A stretch of DNA of 64,000 bases from Candidatus Micrarchaeota archaeon (GCA_020854825.1 JAHKLY010000001.1:32001-96000), one strand, 5' to 3'; numbered from the stretch's first letter, positions 19,710-29,917 are shown. Notes: generated by a model from the sequence alone, not told the origin. Made by a program: numbers and translations.

Positions 19710-20463
19710 AAAATATATTAAAGAGGAATTAAGTAAAAAAGGAGCCTTATTTTTCGGAGTTATTGACCCTGTTGACTATAAAGACCTAAATTCCTGTATA
19801 ATTACTGCAAAAAAAACTGCAGATGCAGGTGCAGATATTTTATTATTAGGAGGAAGTATAGGTGTACAAGGAGAAATTTTAGATAATGTAACCAAAGGAA
19901 TAAAAGAAAAAACAAACACACCAGTAGTATTATTCCCTGGAAATATAGGAACAGTTACTCCTTATGCAGATGCTATGTACTTTATGTCTTTATTAAATAG
20001 TAGAAATGCTTATTGGATATCACAAGCACAAACTTTAGCAGCACCTATGATTAAACAATATAAAATCGAAACAATACCTGTGGGATACTTAATAGTAGAA
20101 CCAGGCGGAACTGCAGGTTGGGTAGGTGATGTAAATTTAATACCTAGGGCAAGACCAAAAATAGCTGCGGGTTTAGCTATGGCTGCTGAATTATCTGGGT
20201 CTGCAATGGTAATAACAGATACGGGGAGCAATCCTGAAACTGGCCACGTCCCATTAGATATGATACAAATTGTATCTCAAAGTATTGATGTACCTTATAT
20301 AGTAGCAGGAGGAATAAAAACTCCAGAACATGCAAAAAATGTTATAAAAGCAGGAGCAGACATAATACAAGTTGGAACTGGATTAGAAGATTCAAAAAAT
20401 ATTGAAGAATATGTAAAAAAAATGATTAAATCCGTAAGAGAAGAAGGTAAAAAAAGAGTGTGA
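19696..20463 (+). CDS. Geranylgeranylglyceryl phosphate synthase
   Basis: IDP, LLGGS, VVLFPG, FMSLLNSRN, GYLIVEPG, AGGIK, IQVGT; likely start MKKIEK at 19696. Confidence 0.92.
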   Translation: MKKIEKYIKEELSKKGALFFGVIDPVDYKDLNSCIITAKKTADAGADILLLGGSIGVQGEILDNVTKGIKEKTNTPVVLFPGNIGTVTPYADAMYFMSLLNSRNAYWISQAQTLAAPMIKQYKIETIPVGYLIVEPGGTAGWVGDVNLIPRARPKIAAGLAMAAELSGSAMVITDTGSNPETGHVPLDMIQIVSQSIDVPYIVAGGIKTPEHAKNVIKAGADIIQVGTGLEDSKNIEEYVKKMIKSVREEGKKRV

Positions 20464-20467
20464 TTTA

Positions 20468-21685
20468 GTGAAAAAAATATATTTTGATCATGCAGCTACT
20501 ACTCATTTAGATTCAAAAGTATTAGAAAAAATGCTGCCTTATTTAAAAACCAAATACGGAAATGCATCTTCTCTACATAATTATGGACAAGAATCTAAAG
20601 ATGCAATAGAAAAAGCAAGAAAAGAATTAGCAAATATATTAAAGTGTTCATCAGAAGAAATAATTTTTACTTCATGTGGTTCAGAATCTGATTCATTAGC
20701 CATAATTGGTTATGCATTAGCTAATAAATCAAAAGGAAACCACATTATTACATCTAAATTTGAACATCCTGCTGTGTTAGAGGCATGTAAATTCTTAGAA
20801 ACACAGGGTTTTGAAATATCATATATTTCAATAACAAAACAAGGATTAGTTGATATTGAAAAATTAAAAAAATCAATTACAAAAAAAACTATTTTAGTTT
20901 CTATAATGCACGCAAATAATGAAATAGGAACTATTCAACCAATTGAAGAAATTTATAAAATTTGTAAAGATAAAAGCAATGAATATAAAACAAAAATCGT
21001 ATTTCATACAGATGCTGTTCAAACATTTGGAAAAATTGAAATAAATTCTTCTATGGCAGATATGATCTCTATTTCAGCACATAAATTTTACGGCCCAAAA
21101 GGAATTGGTTTGCTATACAAAAAATCAGGAATAAATATTAAACCAATAATACACGGCCATCAAGAAAAGAATTTACGAGGAGGAACATATAATACAGCTT
21201 CAATAGTCGGAATGGCTGAAGCTGCCAAAATAGCTCAAAAAGAAAAAGATGTAATAAATAAAAAATTAAAAAATTTAACTGAAAAATTAACAAATGAAGT
21301 TCTTAAAATAGAAAACACTTGGATAAATGGGATAGGAAAAGGCGCAGGAGAAAATAAACTTCCAGGTTTAGTTAATTTTGGTTTTCTATTAATCGAAGGA
21401 GAATCAATTCTTATGCATTTAGATAACAAAGGGATTATGTGCTCAACAGGATCTGCATGTTCATCAGATTCATTACAAGCATCACATGTTTTACTCGCAC
21501 TTGGATTAAAACCTGAAGAAGCGCATGGTTCATTGCGCATAAGTTTAGGAAAAGAAAATACTGAAGAAGATATTGACTATTTCTTATCAGTACTGCCAGA
21601 AATAGTGGAAAAATTAAGAAATATGTCGCCTTTTAAAAACAAGGCGCAATTAAAAAGTTTCAAAGGCAATTCAACATGTCGTTAA
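20468..21685 (+). CDS. iscS: Cysteine desulfurase (IscS/NifS)
   Basis: YFDHAATT, HANNEIGTIQP, HTDAVQ, SAHKFYGPKG (PLP lysine), STGSACSS (catalytic Cys). Confidence 0.95.
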   Translation: MKKIYFDHAATTHLDSKVLEKMLPYLKTKYGNASSLHNYGQESKDAIEKARKELANILKCSSEEIIFTSCGSESDSLAIIGYALANKSKGNHIITSKFEHPAVLEACKFLETQGFEISYISITKQGLVDIEKLKKSITKKTILVSIMHANNEIGTIQPIEEIYKICKDKSNEYKTKIVFHTDAVQTFGKIEINSSMADMISISAHKFYGPKGIGLLYKKSGINIKPIIHGHQEKNLRGGTYNTASIVGMAEAAKIAQKEKDVINKKLKNLTEKLTNEVLKIENTWINGIGKGAGENKLPGLVNFGFLLIEGESILMHLDNKGIMCSTGSACSSDSLQASHVLLALGLKPEEAHGSLRISLGKENTEEDIDYFLSVLPEIVEKLRNMSPFKNKAQLKSFKGNSTCR

Positions 21686-21713
21686 AACTTAACAATACAA
21701 ACATTAATAAATA

Positions 21714-22544
21714 ATGAGATACACAAGAAATAAAGGTAAAATTATAAAAAAATCAATCATTATGTTGTCAGTTTTGTTAGCGATACTACTATTTCTGTTA
21801 GATTGTACAGAAACAATACACCCCGTACATATAACTAATGACAATCAAACAGATGAACAAACACAACTTAATAATCAGACAAACTCAGTTATTTCCCAAT
21901 CAACAAAAAACTCATTGGAAAAAATTGAAGCTTTTTTAAAACTTGATGAAGGATTGGAATATAAGGCCCAGTATTCCATTTATACAAATAAAACTACTCT
22001 GCTCACAAATAGTACGTTTTATCAAAAAGGAAATAAATATTACTTAAACATTAACCCAATATTTAAATCAGAAGAAGGAATTAATGAAAATTATTCTGGT
22101 GGACATTTATTCCAGTTAATTAATGAAACATATATTTGTGAAGAAAAAGTAAATACTAATCTAACCTGTTATGTCCCTCCCCAACCTATTTTTTATCAAA
22201 CAATATTATTAGTGGGAGATCCAGCATTACTATTGGAAGATGAGATAAACAAAAAAGGGATTGAACGTGTTTTTTCTAAAGATGATAATTATTCCTTTTA
22301 TCAGGAAACTCATGCTGGCATAATGAGTAATTGCTTTCATGCAGATGTAGACCCGGGACAATATGGCTCTAGTAATATGTTTAAATTTTGTTTTGCACCT
22401 AATGGAGTAGTAACCTATTTCGCTCGCAAAAGTATTAATGAAGTACTTTTATCACAGGAATTAATATCTGTTTCTTATAGTGTTTCTGATAATATATTTA
22501 ATTTACCTGTTGAACCTACGGAATATACCCAACCAAATTCCTAA
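21714..22544 (+). CDS. Putative secreted protein or lipoprotein, possibly LolA/EPDR-like fold
   Basis: N-terminal hydrophobic segment ending LLLDC, two Cys pairs, C-terminal VSDNIFNLP; lies between iscS and iscU. Confidence 0.6.
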   Translation: MRYTRNKGKIIKKSIIMLSVLLAILLFLLDCTETIHPVHITNDNQTDEQTQLNNQTNSVISQSTKNSLEKIEAFLKLDEGLEYKAQYSIYTNKTTLLTNSTFYQKGNKYYLNINPIFKSEEGINENYSGGHLFQLINETYICEEKVNTNLTCYVPPQPIFYQTILLVGDPALLLEDEINKKGIERVFSKDDNYSFYQETHAGIMSNCFHADVDPGQYGSSNMFKFCFAPNGVVTYFARKSINEVLLSQELISVSYSVSDNIFNLPVEPTEYTQPNS

Positions 22545-22670
22545 TTTCTTTCTCTTTTCTCAGGTATTTATCCTTAAATTATTTTTAGGAACTATGTTAT
22601 ATCTGAACACTAATATTTTTATAGATATATAACAAAATAATATATCTTTTAAATATTTTAGGAGATTAGA

Positions 22671-23057
22671 ATGGAAAAATACAATAAAAAAGTAATGGAT
22701 CATTTTTTGAATCCGCGCAATATGGGTAAAATGCAAAACCCAACAGTTACTGGTGAAGCAGGAAACGCAGTATGCGGAGACGTTTTATTTTTATATCTAA
22801 AAATAGAAAAGAATGAGGAAGGAAAAGACATAATCAAAGATGTTAAATTTGAAACATTTGGATGTGCAGCAGCAATAGCAACTTCTTCAGCGCTTACTGA
22901 AATAATCAAAGGAAAAACAATTGATGAAGCGCAAAGGGTTTCAAACAAAGATGTTGAAGAATATTTAGGTCAATTACCTTTAATTAAAAAACACTGCTCA
23001 AACTTAGCAGAAGATGCATTAAAAGATGCTTTGAAAAAATTAAAAGACAAAAAATAA
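22671..23057 (+). CDS. iscU: Fe-S scaffold IscU/NifU
   Basis: DHFLNPRNMG, GNAVCGD, FETFGCAAAIA, KKHCSNLA. Confidence 0.95.
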   Translation: MEKYNKKVMDHFLNPRNMGKMQNPTVTGEAGNAVCGDVLFLYLKIEKNEEGKDIIKDVKFETFGCAAAIATSSALTEIIKGKTIDEAQRVSNKDVEEYLGQLPLIKKHCSNLAEDALKDALKKLKDKK

Positions 23058-23059
23058 AA

Positions 23060-23572
23060 TTAAATCTTTTCATAAAATTCTTCTAAAGGTTTTCTCTTTC
23101 TTTCACCTTGTTTAATATCTGGATAACCTATTGGAATTACGAAGGGAATTAAATATTTGTCTGGAATATCTAAAACTTGTTTTATCTTATTTTCATCTAT
23201 CACACCAACATAACATGTTCCTAAACCTAATTCAGTTGCTTTTAATACTAAAAATGTAGATGAAATCGTGCAATCAATAATAGCAAATTTTTTTCCCCTT
23301 TCTTCTGGGTCTGGATATGGTGTTGGATCAACAGCACAAATAAGAATAGAAGGTGCAGTATAAACAAAATCCTGTTTAAATGCTTGTTCTTTTTTTAACT
23401 TATCTTTTAAATCGTTTGAATTAATAATGTAAATTTTTTGTGATTGAGTATTTCTTGCTGTTGGTGCTAATCTAGCAACATTTATTAATTTTTTAATTAA
23501 ATCATCGGGTATTTCATCTGATTTGAATTTTCTTACACTATATCTCGCATCTATAACTTTATCTAAATTCAT
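23060..23572 (-). CDS. Nitroreductase family protein
   Basis: RYSVRKF, APTARNTQ, ATELGLGTCYVG, IGYP. Confidence 0.92.
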   Translation of the reverse strand: MNLDKVIDARYSVRKFKSDEIPDDLIKKLINVARLAPTARNTQSQKIYIINSNDLKDKLKKEQAFKQDFVYTAPSILICAVDPTPYPDPEERGKKFAIIDCTISSTFLVLKATELGLGTCYVGVIDENKIKQVLDIPDKYLIPFVIPIGYPDIKQGERKRKPLEEFYEKI

Positions 23573-23659
23573 AATATCAACTCCTACATATAGTTATAAA
23601 ACTTAATATTTATATATCAGATTAACAAATTTTAAAATGTTTATTAGATAGGTGATTAA

Positions 23660-23842
23660 ATGGTAAGTGTAGATAAAGAAAAATGTATAGGATGCGGCGC
23701 ATGTGTAGCAGTATGTTCAGAAGTATTTGAATTAACATCAGAAGGAAAAGCAAAAGTAAAAGATAGTTATGCTGGTGGAAATGAAGAATGTATTGATCAA
23801 GCGGTTAGTATCTGTCCGGTTCAAGCAATTAAAAAGTTTTAA
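23660..23842 (+). CDS. Ferredoxin
   Basis: CIGCGAC...C and CPVQAI. Confidence 0.92.
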   Translation: MVSVDKEKCIGCGACVAVCSEVFELTSEGKAKVKDSYAGGNEECIDQAVSICPVQAIKKF

Positions 23843-23843
23843 T

Positions 23844-25199
23844 TTATCCGAGAATCTCATCAGCTATTTGATCTGGTTTGAAAGGAATAAGATCTTCGTA
23901 TTCTTGTCCTACACCAACATAAACAACTGGTATATTTGTTGCGCGAGGTATGGAAATTGCATTTCCTCCTTTTGCATCACAATCTAATTTTGTTAAAATA
24001 ACACCCTGTATTTTTACAGCTTGGTTGAATTCTTTTATTTGATCTATAACAGAATGCCCTGCTATACTCTCACCAATATAAATAGTTAAATCAGGTTCAA
24101 TAATTCGTCCTAATTTCCTTAATTGATCTACTAAATTTTTGTTTGTTTCTTGTCTGCCTGCAGAATCAATTAAAACCGCATCTAAATTATTGGACTTTGC
24201 ATGATTAACAGCATCATATGCAATAGAAGTTGGGTCTGCACCATATTTGCCTTTTATTACTTTTTTATTTAATCTTTCACCATGAATGCCTATCTGCTCA
24301 ATGGCTGCTGCTCTAAAAGTATCTGATGCTGATAAAACAGAACTTAAATTATTATTTTCAAGAAGTTTTGATACTTTTGCAATTGTTGTTGTTTTTCCTG
24401 CACCATTGGGCCCTATAAATAAAATCTTGTACGGTTTTTTACCGTATTTTACTTTTTCTACTAAATCAAATCTATCTTCATGATCCATTATGTTAATTAA
24501 AGCTTGTTTTATTGATTCTCTAATTTGTTCTTCTAAGTCAGATTTATCTAATTCCTTATCCACTAAAGAAGTTCTTATCTCTTCTTTCAACGCACTTGCT
24601 ACATCTAAATTAACATCACTTTCTAATAATGAAAGTTCTAATTCCTCTAATAAAGAATTGATATCTTTTTCTTTTATTTTAATTTTTCTTGAAATTAATC
24701 CTCTTAATCTACTTTCTAAACTTAGTTTAATCTTTTTATCTTGTTTAGGTTTAATTTCTTCTATTGGTTTTTCAATCTTTGGTTCTTGTTTAGGTTTTTC
24801 AATTTCTATTTCTTCGTGTTTTTCAATTACTTGTTTAATTTCTACTGGTTTTTCTTCTTCGTTTTCTTCAATTTTTTCTTTTTCTTTTGGTTCATCTTTT
24901 AATTCTTTATTTTCAATTTTTTCCTTTTCTTCTGTTGCTTCTTTCTCCTCAGTTTTTTTCTTTACTTCTTTCTTTTCTTTTGGTTTTTCATCTTCTTGTG
25001 TTTTAGTTGTTTCTTGTTTTTTTGGTTCTTGCTGTTTTTCTGGTGCATTGTCTAGTGTTTCCTCCTCTTTTGAGTCTTCATTTATCTCTTCAATCTCTTC
25101 TTTAATCTCTTCCTTCTGTTTTTCTTCTTCTTTTTTTGTTAATTTATTAACAAACCCACTTAATTTATCTTTAAGAAGACCAAACATTAATACCACCAA
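23844..25199 (-). CDS. ftsY: SRP receptor FtsY
   Basis: Acidic N-terminal region; GPNGAGKTTT, DTFRAAA, DSAGR, TKLDCDAKGG. Confidence 0.96.
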   Translation of the reverse strand: MVVLMFGLLKDKLSGFVNKLTKKEEEKQKEEIKEEIEEINEDSKEEETLDNAPEKQQEPKKQETTKTQEDEKPKEKKEVKKKTEEKEATEEKEKIENKELKDEPKEKEKIEENEEEKPVEIKQVIEKHEEIEIEKPKQEPKIEKPIEEIKPKQDKKIKLSLESRLRGLISRKIKIKEKDINSLLEELELSLLESDVNLDVASALKEEIRTSLVDKELDKSDLEEQIRESIKQALINIMDHEDRFDLVEKVKYGKKPYKILFIGPNGAGKTTTIAKVSKLLENNNLSSVLSASDTFRAAAIEQIGIHGERLNKKVIKGKYGADPTSIAYDAVNHAKSNNLDAVLIDSAGRQETNKNLVDQLRKLGRIIEPDLTIYIGESIAGHSVIDQIKEFNQAVKIQGVILTKLDCDAKGGNAISIPRATNIPVVYVGVGQEYEDLIPFKPDQIADEILG

Positions 25200-25598
25200 T
25201 TACTCTTTTTCAGATTCTTGTACATTTTTACTCAAATCTTGTAGTTTTTGTATTAAATTTTGGAATTCTTTACTCATTTTTTCTAATTCTGTTGAATATA
25301 TGTTTATATCTGTGTCTAATTTTTCTAAAACTGCGTTTGCATCCTGTTCTGAGAATAATCCATTAGAAAAAGCTGCTATTACCTTTTTTGAATCTTTAAT
25401 TTCTACTTTTGCGAAAATACCTGCGCCTAATGGCAATAACGCAGTTTTTGAGTTTTCTAAATTAACAACTGCTTCTTTAGACATCATTAATTCCTGTAAT
25501 GCTTGTTCTATTTGTTGAATTGTATTCTGCATTTGTCTTGCCTGATACTCATACATTTGCATTTCATATGCAATTTTATGTTTTCCTTCTTCATTCAT
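25200..25598 (-). CDS. pfdA: Prefoldin alpha subunit
   Basis: Coiled coil, LLPLGAGIFAK hairpin, coiled coil; conserved position between rpl18a and ftsY. Confidence 0.9.
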   Translation of the reverse strand: MNEEGKHKIAYEMQMYEYQARQMQNTIQQIEQALQELMMSKEAVVNLENSKTALLPLGAGIFAKVEIKDSKKVIAAFSNGLFSEQDANAVLEKLDTDINIYSTELEKMSKEFQNLIQKLQDLSKNVQESEKE

Positions 25599-25600
25599 AA

Positions 25601-25786
25601 TTACACCTTTTCTACTTTATCAATTTTTATTTGGGTTCTTTTTAATTTTTGATGTTTTGAACCAAAAAATTTGTATATTTTTTCTGTTGCATCAAATTCT
25701 CCTTTTGCTTCAATCCCTTTTTTAAAGGTTCTACTTTCTCTACCCAACTTTATTGTACCTATAATATTATATTTCATAAATTTCAC
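25601..25786 (-). CDS. rpl18a: 50S ribosomal protein L18Ae/LX (eL20)
   Basis: EKIY..FGSKH.KLKR.QI.I motif; synteny. Confidence 0.9.
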   Translation of the reverse strand: MKFMKYNIIGTIKLGRESRTFKKGIEAKGEFDATEKIYKFFGSKHQKLKRTQIKIDKVEKV

Positions 25787-25787
25787 C

Positions 25788-26453
25788 TCATATCAATTCT
25801 AATCCCTCTTGGATTCTTTGTAATTCAAATCCAGTTGTTAAATCTCCTACAACACAGCCTTTGGAATTTGCAACAAGACATAATCCCACAAAATATGATC
25901 CTGTGTTTGCAGTACTATTTATTCCATTTACTTTAAATATTTCTTCTAACTCTTTTAATTGCGTTTCTCGTATATCATTATATACTACAAATCCTTTATT
26001 TGTTACTGCGCAAAGACTACCTACTACTTCATAACCTTTGATATCTATGGGAACTAGATTAATCCCTAAAAATTCACTGAATCTGTCTGCTTCTTCTTTT
26101 GGAATATTTTTATTAATTATTCCTCCTTTATCATTTATTGATAAATTATTGCCAATCGCATTAAACTTTCCTTCAGATACATATACATTTAAATTCAATT
26201 TTTTTAATTCTTCTAATTCAACATCAGAAATCAAAGAAGGAACAATAATTCCATTTGAATTCAAAACTGCATATATTCCTAAAAGCCCTGTACCTCCAAT
26301 TGATACTTTTTTTGTCTCCACTCCTAAAGTATTTTGTATTTTTTCTACTAGTTCATCTGGCATGTGTTTTGCAACTAAGCAAATACTGTCATTTGCTATT
26401 GCATAAACACCAATGAATGGGTTGCCATATACGCTTGCTTTTGTGTTTCTCAT
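25788..26453 (-). CDS. eif6: Translation initiation factor 6 (aIF6)
   Basis: GNPFIGVY, NSNGIIVP, AIGN, VANSKG..VG..TTGFEL. Confidence 0.95.
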   Translation of the reverse strand: MRNTKASVYGNPFIGVYAIANDSICLVAKHMPDELVEKIQNTLGVETKKVSIGGTGLLGIYAVLNSNGIIVPSLISDVELEELKKLNLNVYVSEGKFNAIGNNLSINDKGGIINKNIPKEEADRFSEFLGINLVPIDIKGYEVVGSLCAVTNKGFVVYNDIRETQLKELEEIFKVNGINSTANTGSYFVGLCLVANSKGCVVGDLTTGFELQRIQEGLELI

Positions 26454-26459
26454 ATTAAT

Positions 26460-26903
26460 CTACTTCTTTAAATCCTTAATCATCTCTTTTTTTGGGGCTG
26501 CTGCTATTTTTTGTTCTCTTTGTATTTCCTTCTCTAACTCTTTTTTCTTTTCATCTGCTTTTATCTCTTCTTCTGTCCTTTCATCTTCTTTAGGCTTTGG
26601 TTTTTCTTTTGGTTTTTCTATTTTTTTCTCTACTTTTTCATCTATCAATCTTGCAATTAATTTATCTCCTTCTTTAGTTACCTTAATTTTTATTTTTCTT
26701 GGCGGTTTTTTAATTCCTCTTTGCCAGATAGTTGAATTTACAGCCTCACTTAAAAAAACGTGATCTATTGTTACTTTCATGTGTTTTGCTAAAAATTCCC
26801 GTATTACTTTAATCGCTTTTGGAACTCTTCTTGGTCGTGGAACATCAAAAACTTTTCTTAATGGTATTGTATATACTCTTTCTATATCTGTCATTTTTCT
26901 CAC
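26460..26903 (-). CDS. rpl31e: 50S ribosomal protein L31e with charged C-terminal extension
   Basis: [40 protein letters not shown]. Confidence 0.95.
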   Translation of the reverse strand: MRKMTDIERVYTIPLRKVFDVPRPRRVPKAIKVIREFLAKHMKVTIDHVFLSEAVNSTIWQRGIKKPPRKIKIKVTKEGDKLIARLIDEKVEKKIEKPKEKPKPKEDERTEEEIKADEKKKELEKEIQREQKIAAAPKKEMIKDLKK

Positions 26904-27127
26904 CTTCTTTTATTTTTTCCTCTCCTTATTTTTGGTTCTGTTTGTTTCTTATTTAATGTTGAACCGACTTTAAGGCTGTTTCTTCTCCAATGTCTTCTTT
27001 CCTTATTCTGTACTACTTTTCTATTTGTTTTTGCTACTACCCATACAGGCATTCTCCTATTCTGCTTTTTTGCTTTTACAAGAATGTCTTTTTCATCTTT
27101 ATTTTTTATACTTCCCATAAATATCAC
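26900..27127 (-). CDS. rpl39e: 50S ribosomal protein L39e
   Basis: [22 protein letters not shown]. Confidence 0.93.
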   Translation of the reverse strand: MIFMGSIKNKDEKDILVKAKKQNRRMPVWVVAKTNRKVVQNKERRHWRRNSLKVGSTLNKKQTEPKIRRGKNKRR

Positions 27128-27384
27128 CTTTTTATTTCAAACTTGGGTTCATAATTACTTCTTAAAGACTGCAATATTTCAATTATTTCATCTTCTTTTA
27201 ATCTTTTTTTAATTTCATTTATGTTTTGTAATAACAAAGCTACTGTTGAAAAATATAACTTTTCATTGCTTAGTCTTACATTCATAAGTCTTTCATATGC
27301 TTTAGGTTCTAATATTCTATTTATCTTTACTTTTATTTGTTGCTCTTTTCTTATCTTTTCTTGCAGTTTCTCTTTATCTATCAT
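27124..27384 (-). CDS. PDCD5/TFAR19-like DNA-binding protein
   Basis: [16 protein letters not shown]; conserved position downstream of rps19e. Confidence 0.88.
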   Translation of the reverse strand: MIDKEKLQEKIRKEQQIKVKINRILEPKAYERLMNVRLSNEKLYFSTVALLLQNINEIKKRLKEDEIIEILQSLRSNYEPKFEIKR

Positions 27385-27800
27385 TATTGTCCCTCTGCAA
27401 CCTGTTTTGCAATATTATCTAGGAATTTTTTCCCTTTACCTGTTATAACTCTGCCTGTTTTTGCTTTTTTTATAAATCCTTGTTTTTCTAATTCTTGTAG
27501 TCCTCTCCTAATTATTGCTCCGCCTGCATCATAATGTTTTGAAGGTCTTCTACCTCTATTTTTTTTTCCTCCATAGTGAGTTCTCAATCTATTAACACCT
27601 ACTGAAGGAGTAGTATATGCCTGTCTCAACAAAGATGCCATTCTAATATACCAAAAGTTTGGTTGATCTGGTCTCCTTTCAACATGAGCTCCAGATTTAA
27701 CATATTTAATAAATTCTGGTCTTTCTATGCCCATCTTTTCCAATTCGTCTGCTGCTTGTTCTATAAGCTTTCCTGGTTGTACATCAAATACAGTTACCAT
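27384..27800 (-). CDS. rps19e: 30S ribosomal protein S19e
   Basis: VKSGAHVERRP, WYIRMASLLR, GVNRLRTHYGG, IIRRGLQELE. Confidence 0.97.
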   Translation of the reverse strand: MVTVFDVQPGKLIEQAADELEKMGIERPEFIKYVKSGAHVERRPDQPNFWYIRMASLLRQAYTTPSVGVNRLRTHYGGKKNRGRRPSKHYDAGGAIIRRGLQELEKQGFIKKAKTGRVITGKGKKFLDNIAKQVAEGQ

Positions 27801-27936
27801 TCATTTCACCTCATTTCCATTATCTTCTAAGAAACTCAAAATCAGCTGGAAAATCTCAACTGGAAATTGCTTTGTGGATTAAACTCCTAACCACTAACTT
27901 TGCCTGGAATGTATATTCTTATTAAAAGAAGGATAT

Positions 27937-28224
27937 TTAAAGCTTTCTTTCTGTGTCACAAGCTTTGCAAATATAAATATCTGGTAGTTTTGCGCATTTT
28001 TTAATTTCTAGCGTTTTTCCTTTTATCCATAAAGTATGGCATTTCTTACAAAATAGCTTTTTTTGCTCCTTTGTTAAGCGCAAATTAACTTTTGTTCTTA
28101 TTTTATCAACTAATTCTAAATATCGTTTAGATCTTTCAGGATGTTTATCAAACTCCTCTTGCGCTAACTTAAATAGAATTTCAATCCTTTCCTGCGCTAT
28201 TTTTTGTTTATTCATTTTTATCAC
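27937..28224 (-). CDS. rnp4: RNase P protein component Rpp21
   Basis: IAQERIEILF..A, RY, FCKKC...CKAC zinc ribbon. Confidence 0.9.
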   Translation of the reverse strand: MIKMNKQKIAQERIEILFKLAQEEFDKHPERSKRYLELVDKIRTKVNLRLTKEQKKLFCKKCHTLWIKGKTLEIKKCAKLPDIYICKACDTERKL

Positions 28225-28234
28225 AAATAGAAAA

Positions 28235-28466
28235 TGGGCCAGGGGAGATTTGTTCTACCTGTTTCTTTCTTTTTGGTTGAGATTTTTCTTTCTTTTTAAA
28301 GAAAGAAAAAGGTCATTGAACTCCCGGCCACCGGTTAGCTTAGAGCTATATAATGCCCACAAATTAATGTGCAAACATCATAGGTCATATAAGACCGGCG
28401 CTCCAACCATTTTAGGTCTTGGTTGAAATAATATTTTCAACACAAAGCTGACTAAGCTACTGGCCC
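28235..28466 (-). tRNA. tRNA-Ile(UAU) with three introns: D-loop 28410-28449, anticodon loop 37/38 28337-28387, T-loop 58/59 28250-28315
   Basis: Spliced: GGGCCAGTAGCTTAGTC|TGGTTGGAGCGCCGGTCTTATA|AACCGGTGGCCGGGAGTTCAA|ATCTCCCCTGGCCCA. Each junction forms a BHB (central helices TTAG/CTAA, CTTA/TAAG, GTTC/GAAC). Confidence 0.9.
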
Positions 28467-28564
28467 ATAAATAATTTTTGTACTAATATTGTTATTGCAC
28501 ATCTTTAAAAAGATTTTTACTGCTTAGAAACTCTTTTAAAAGGGATTAATTAAATAATAATTGT

Positions 28565-29893
28565 ATGGTAGACTTAGGAAAAGGACTTAGAAACGCATTA
28601 GCTAAAATAACAGGCGCATCAATAGTTGATGAAAAAGCAGTTAAAGAACTAGTAAAAGAACTACAAAGAGTCCTTATTTCAAATGATGTAAATGTAAAAC
28701 TTGTTTTTGAATTAACAAAAGAAATTGAAAAAAAAGCATTGGATGCAGAACTTTTAAAAGGACTTTCAATGCGTGAACATGTTGTAAAAGTAGTTTATGA
28801 AGAATTAGCAAATTTATTAGGTAAAGATTACAAACCAGAATTAAAAAAACAAAGAATAATGGTACAAGGATTATTTGGTAGTGGAAAAACCACTTCAGTC
28901 GGTAAAATGGCATTATTTTATAAGAAAAAAGGTTTATCAACTGCGTTAATTGCATGTGATGTAGAAAGACCTGCAGCTTATGAACAATTAGAACAATTAT
29001 CTAAACAAGTTAATTGCGCATTTTATGGAATTAAAGGAGAAACAGATGTTAAAAAAATAATTAAATATGCGTTAGAAAAAACAAAAGAAGATATTTTAAT
29101 TTTAGACTCAGCAGGAAGAAGTGCATTTGATGAAAGACTAACTGAAGAACTTAAAAAAATAGTTGATGCATATAATCCAGATAAAAAATTCTTAGTTATA
29201 TCCGCAGATATAGGTCAAGTTGCTGGAAAACAAGCTGAACAATTTAATAATTCAGTAGGAATAGACGGAGTAATAATAACAAAAATGGATGGTAGTGCAA
29301 AAGGAGGCGGTGCATTAAGTGCAGTCTCAGTTTCAAATTCTAATATAGCATTTATAGGATATGGAGAAAAAATGGAAGATTTAGAACCTTTTGATTCTAA
29401 AAAATTCGTTGGCAGACTTTTAGGTTTCCCAGATTTAGAAACATTAATGGAAAAAGCAAAAACAATTGCTGAAGAACAACAAATGGATCCTGAAAAATTA
29501 CTGGAACAGGAATTAACTTTGAAAACATTTTATGAACAATTAAAAGCAGCAAAAAAAATGGGTCCCTTAGGAAAAGTATTAGGTATGATGGGTGCACCTG
29601 ATGTACCAAAAGAATTTGTTGAACAAAGTGAAGGTAAAATGAAAAAATATGAATCTGTTATTAATTCCTTAACAGAAGAAGAAAAAAACGACTATAATTT
29701 ATTGAAAAAAAGTAGTACAAGAATACAAAGAATATCAAAAGGAGCGGGTGTTTCTGTTGAAGATGTTAAAACTCTGTTAAGAGAATTTGAAAAAGCAAAA
29801 AAAATGATGAACCTGTTTAAGAAAAATCGTGGTATGCGCGGAAAAATAGAAAAAATGATGAAATCAGGCAATTTCAAACTACCTGGAATGTAA
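28565..29893 (+). CDS. srp54: Signal recognition particle protein SRP54
   Basis: GLFGSGKTTS, DVERPAA, DSAGR, TKMDGSAKGGGALS, Met-rich M domain. Confidence 0.96.
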   Translation: MVDLGKGLRNALAKITGASIVDEKAVKELVKELQRVLISNDVNVKLVFELTKEIEKKALDAELLKGLSMREHVVKVVYEELANLLGKDYKPELKKQRIMVQGLFGSGKTTSVGKMALFYKKKGLSTALIACDVERPAAYEQLEQLSKQVNCAFYGIKGETDVKKIIKYALEKTKEDILILDSAGRSAFDERLTEELKKIVDAYNPDKKFLVISADIGQVAGKQAEQFNNSVGIDGVIITKMDGSAKGGGALSAVSVSNSNIAFIGYGEKMEDLEPFDSKKFVGRLLGFPDLETLMEKAKTIAEEQQMDPEKLLEQELTLKTFYEQLKAAKKMGPLGKVLGMMGAPDVPKEFVEQSEGKMKKYESVINSLTEEEKNDYNLLKKSSTRIQRISKGAGVSVEDVKTLLREFEKAKKMMNLFKKNRGMRGKIEKMMKSGNFKLPGM

Positions 29894-29917
29894 AATAAAA
29901 AAAATTAGGAGAAGAAA

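Noticed and set aside
24490-25518. 342-aa plus-strand ORF rich in F/S, and many similar short antisense ORFs across the window
   Set aside because: Shadow frames antisense to E/K-rich genes (ftsY, pfdA, rad50, polB and others); no independent motifs or RBS.
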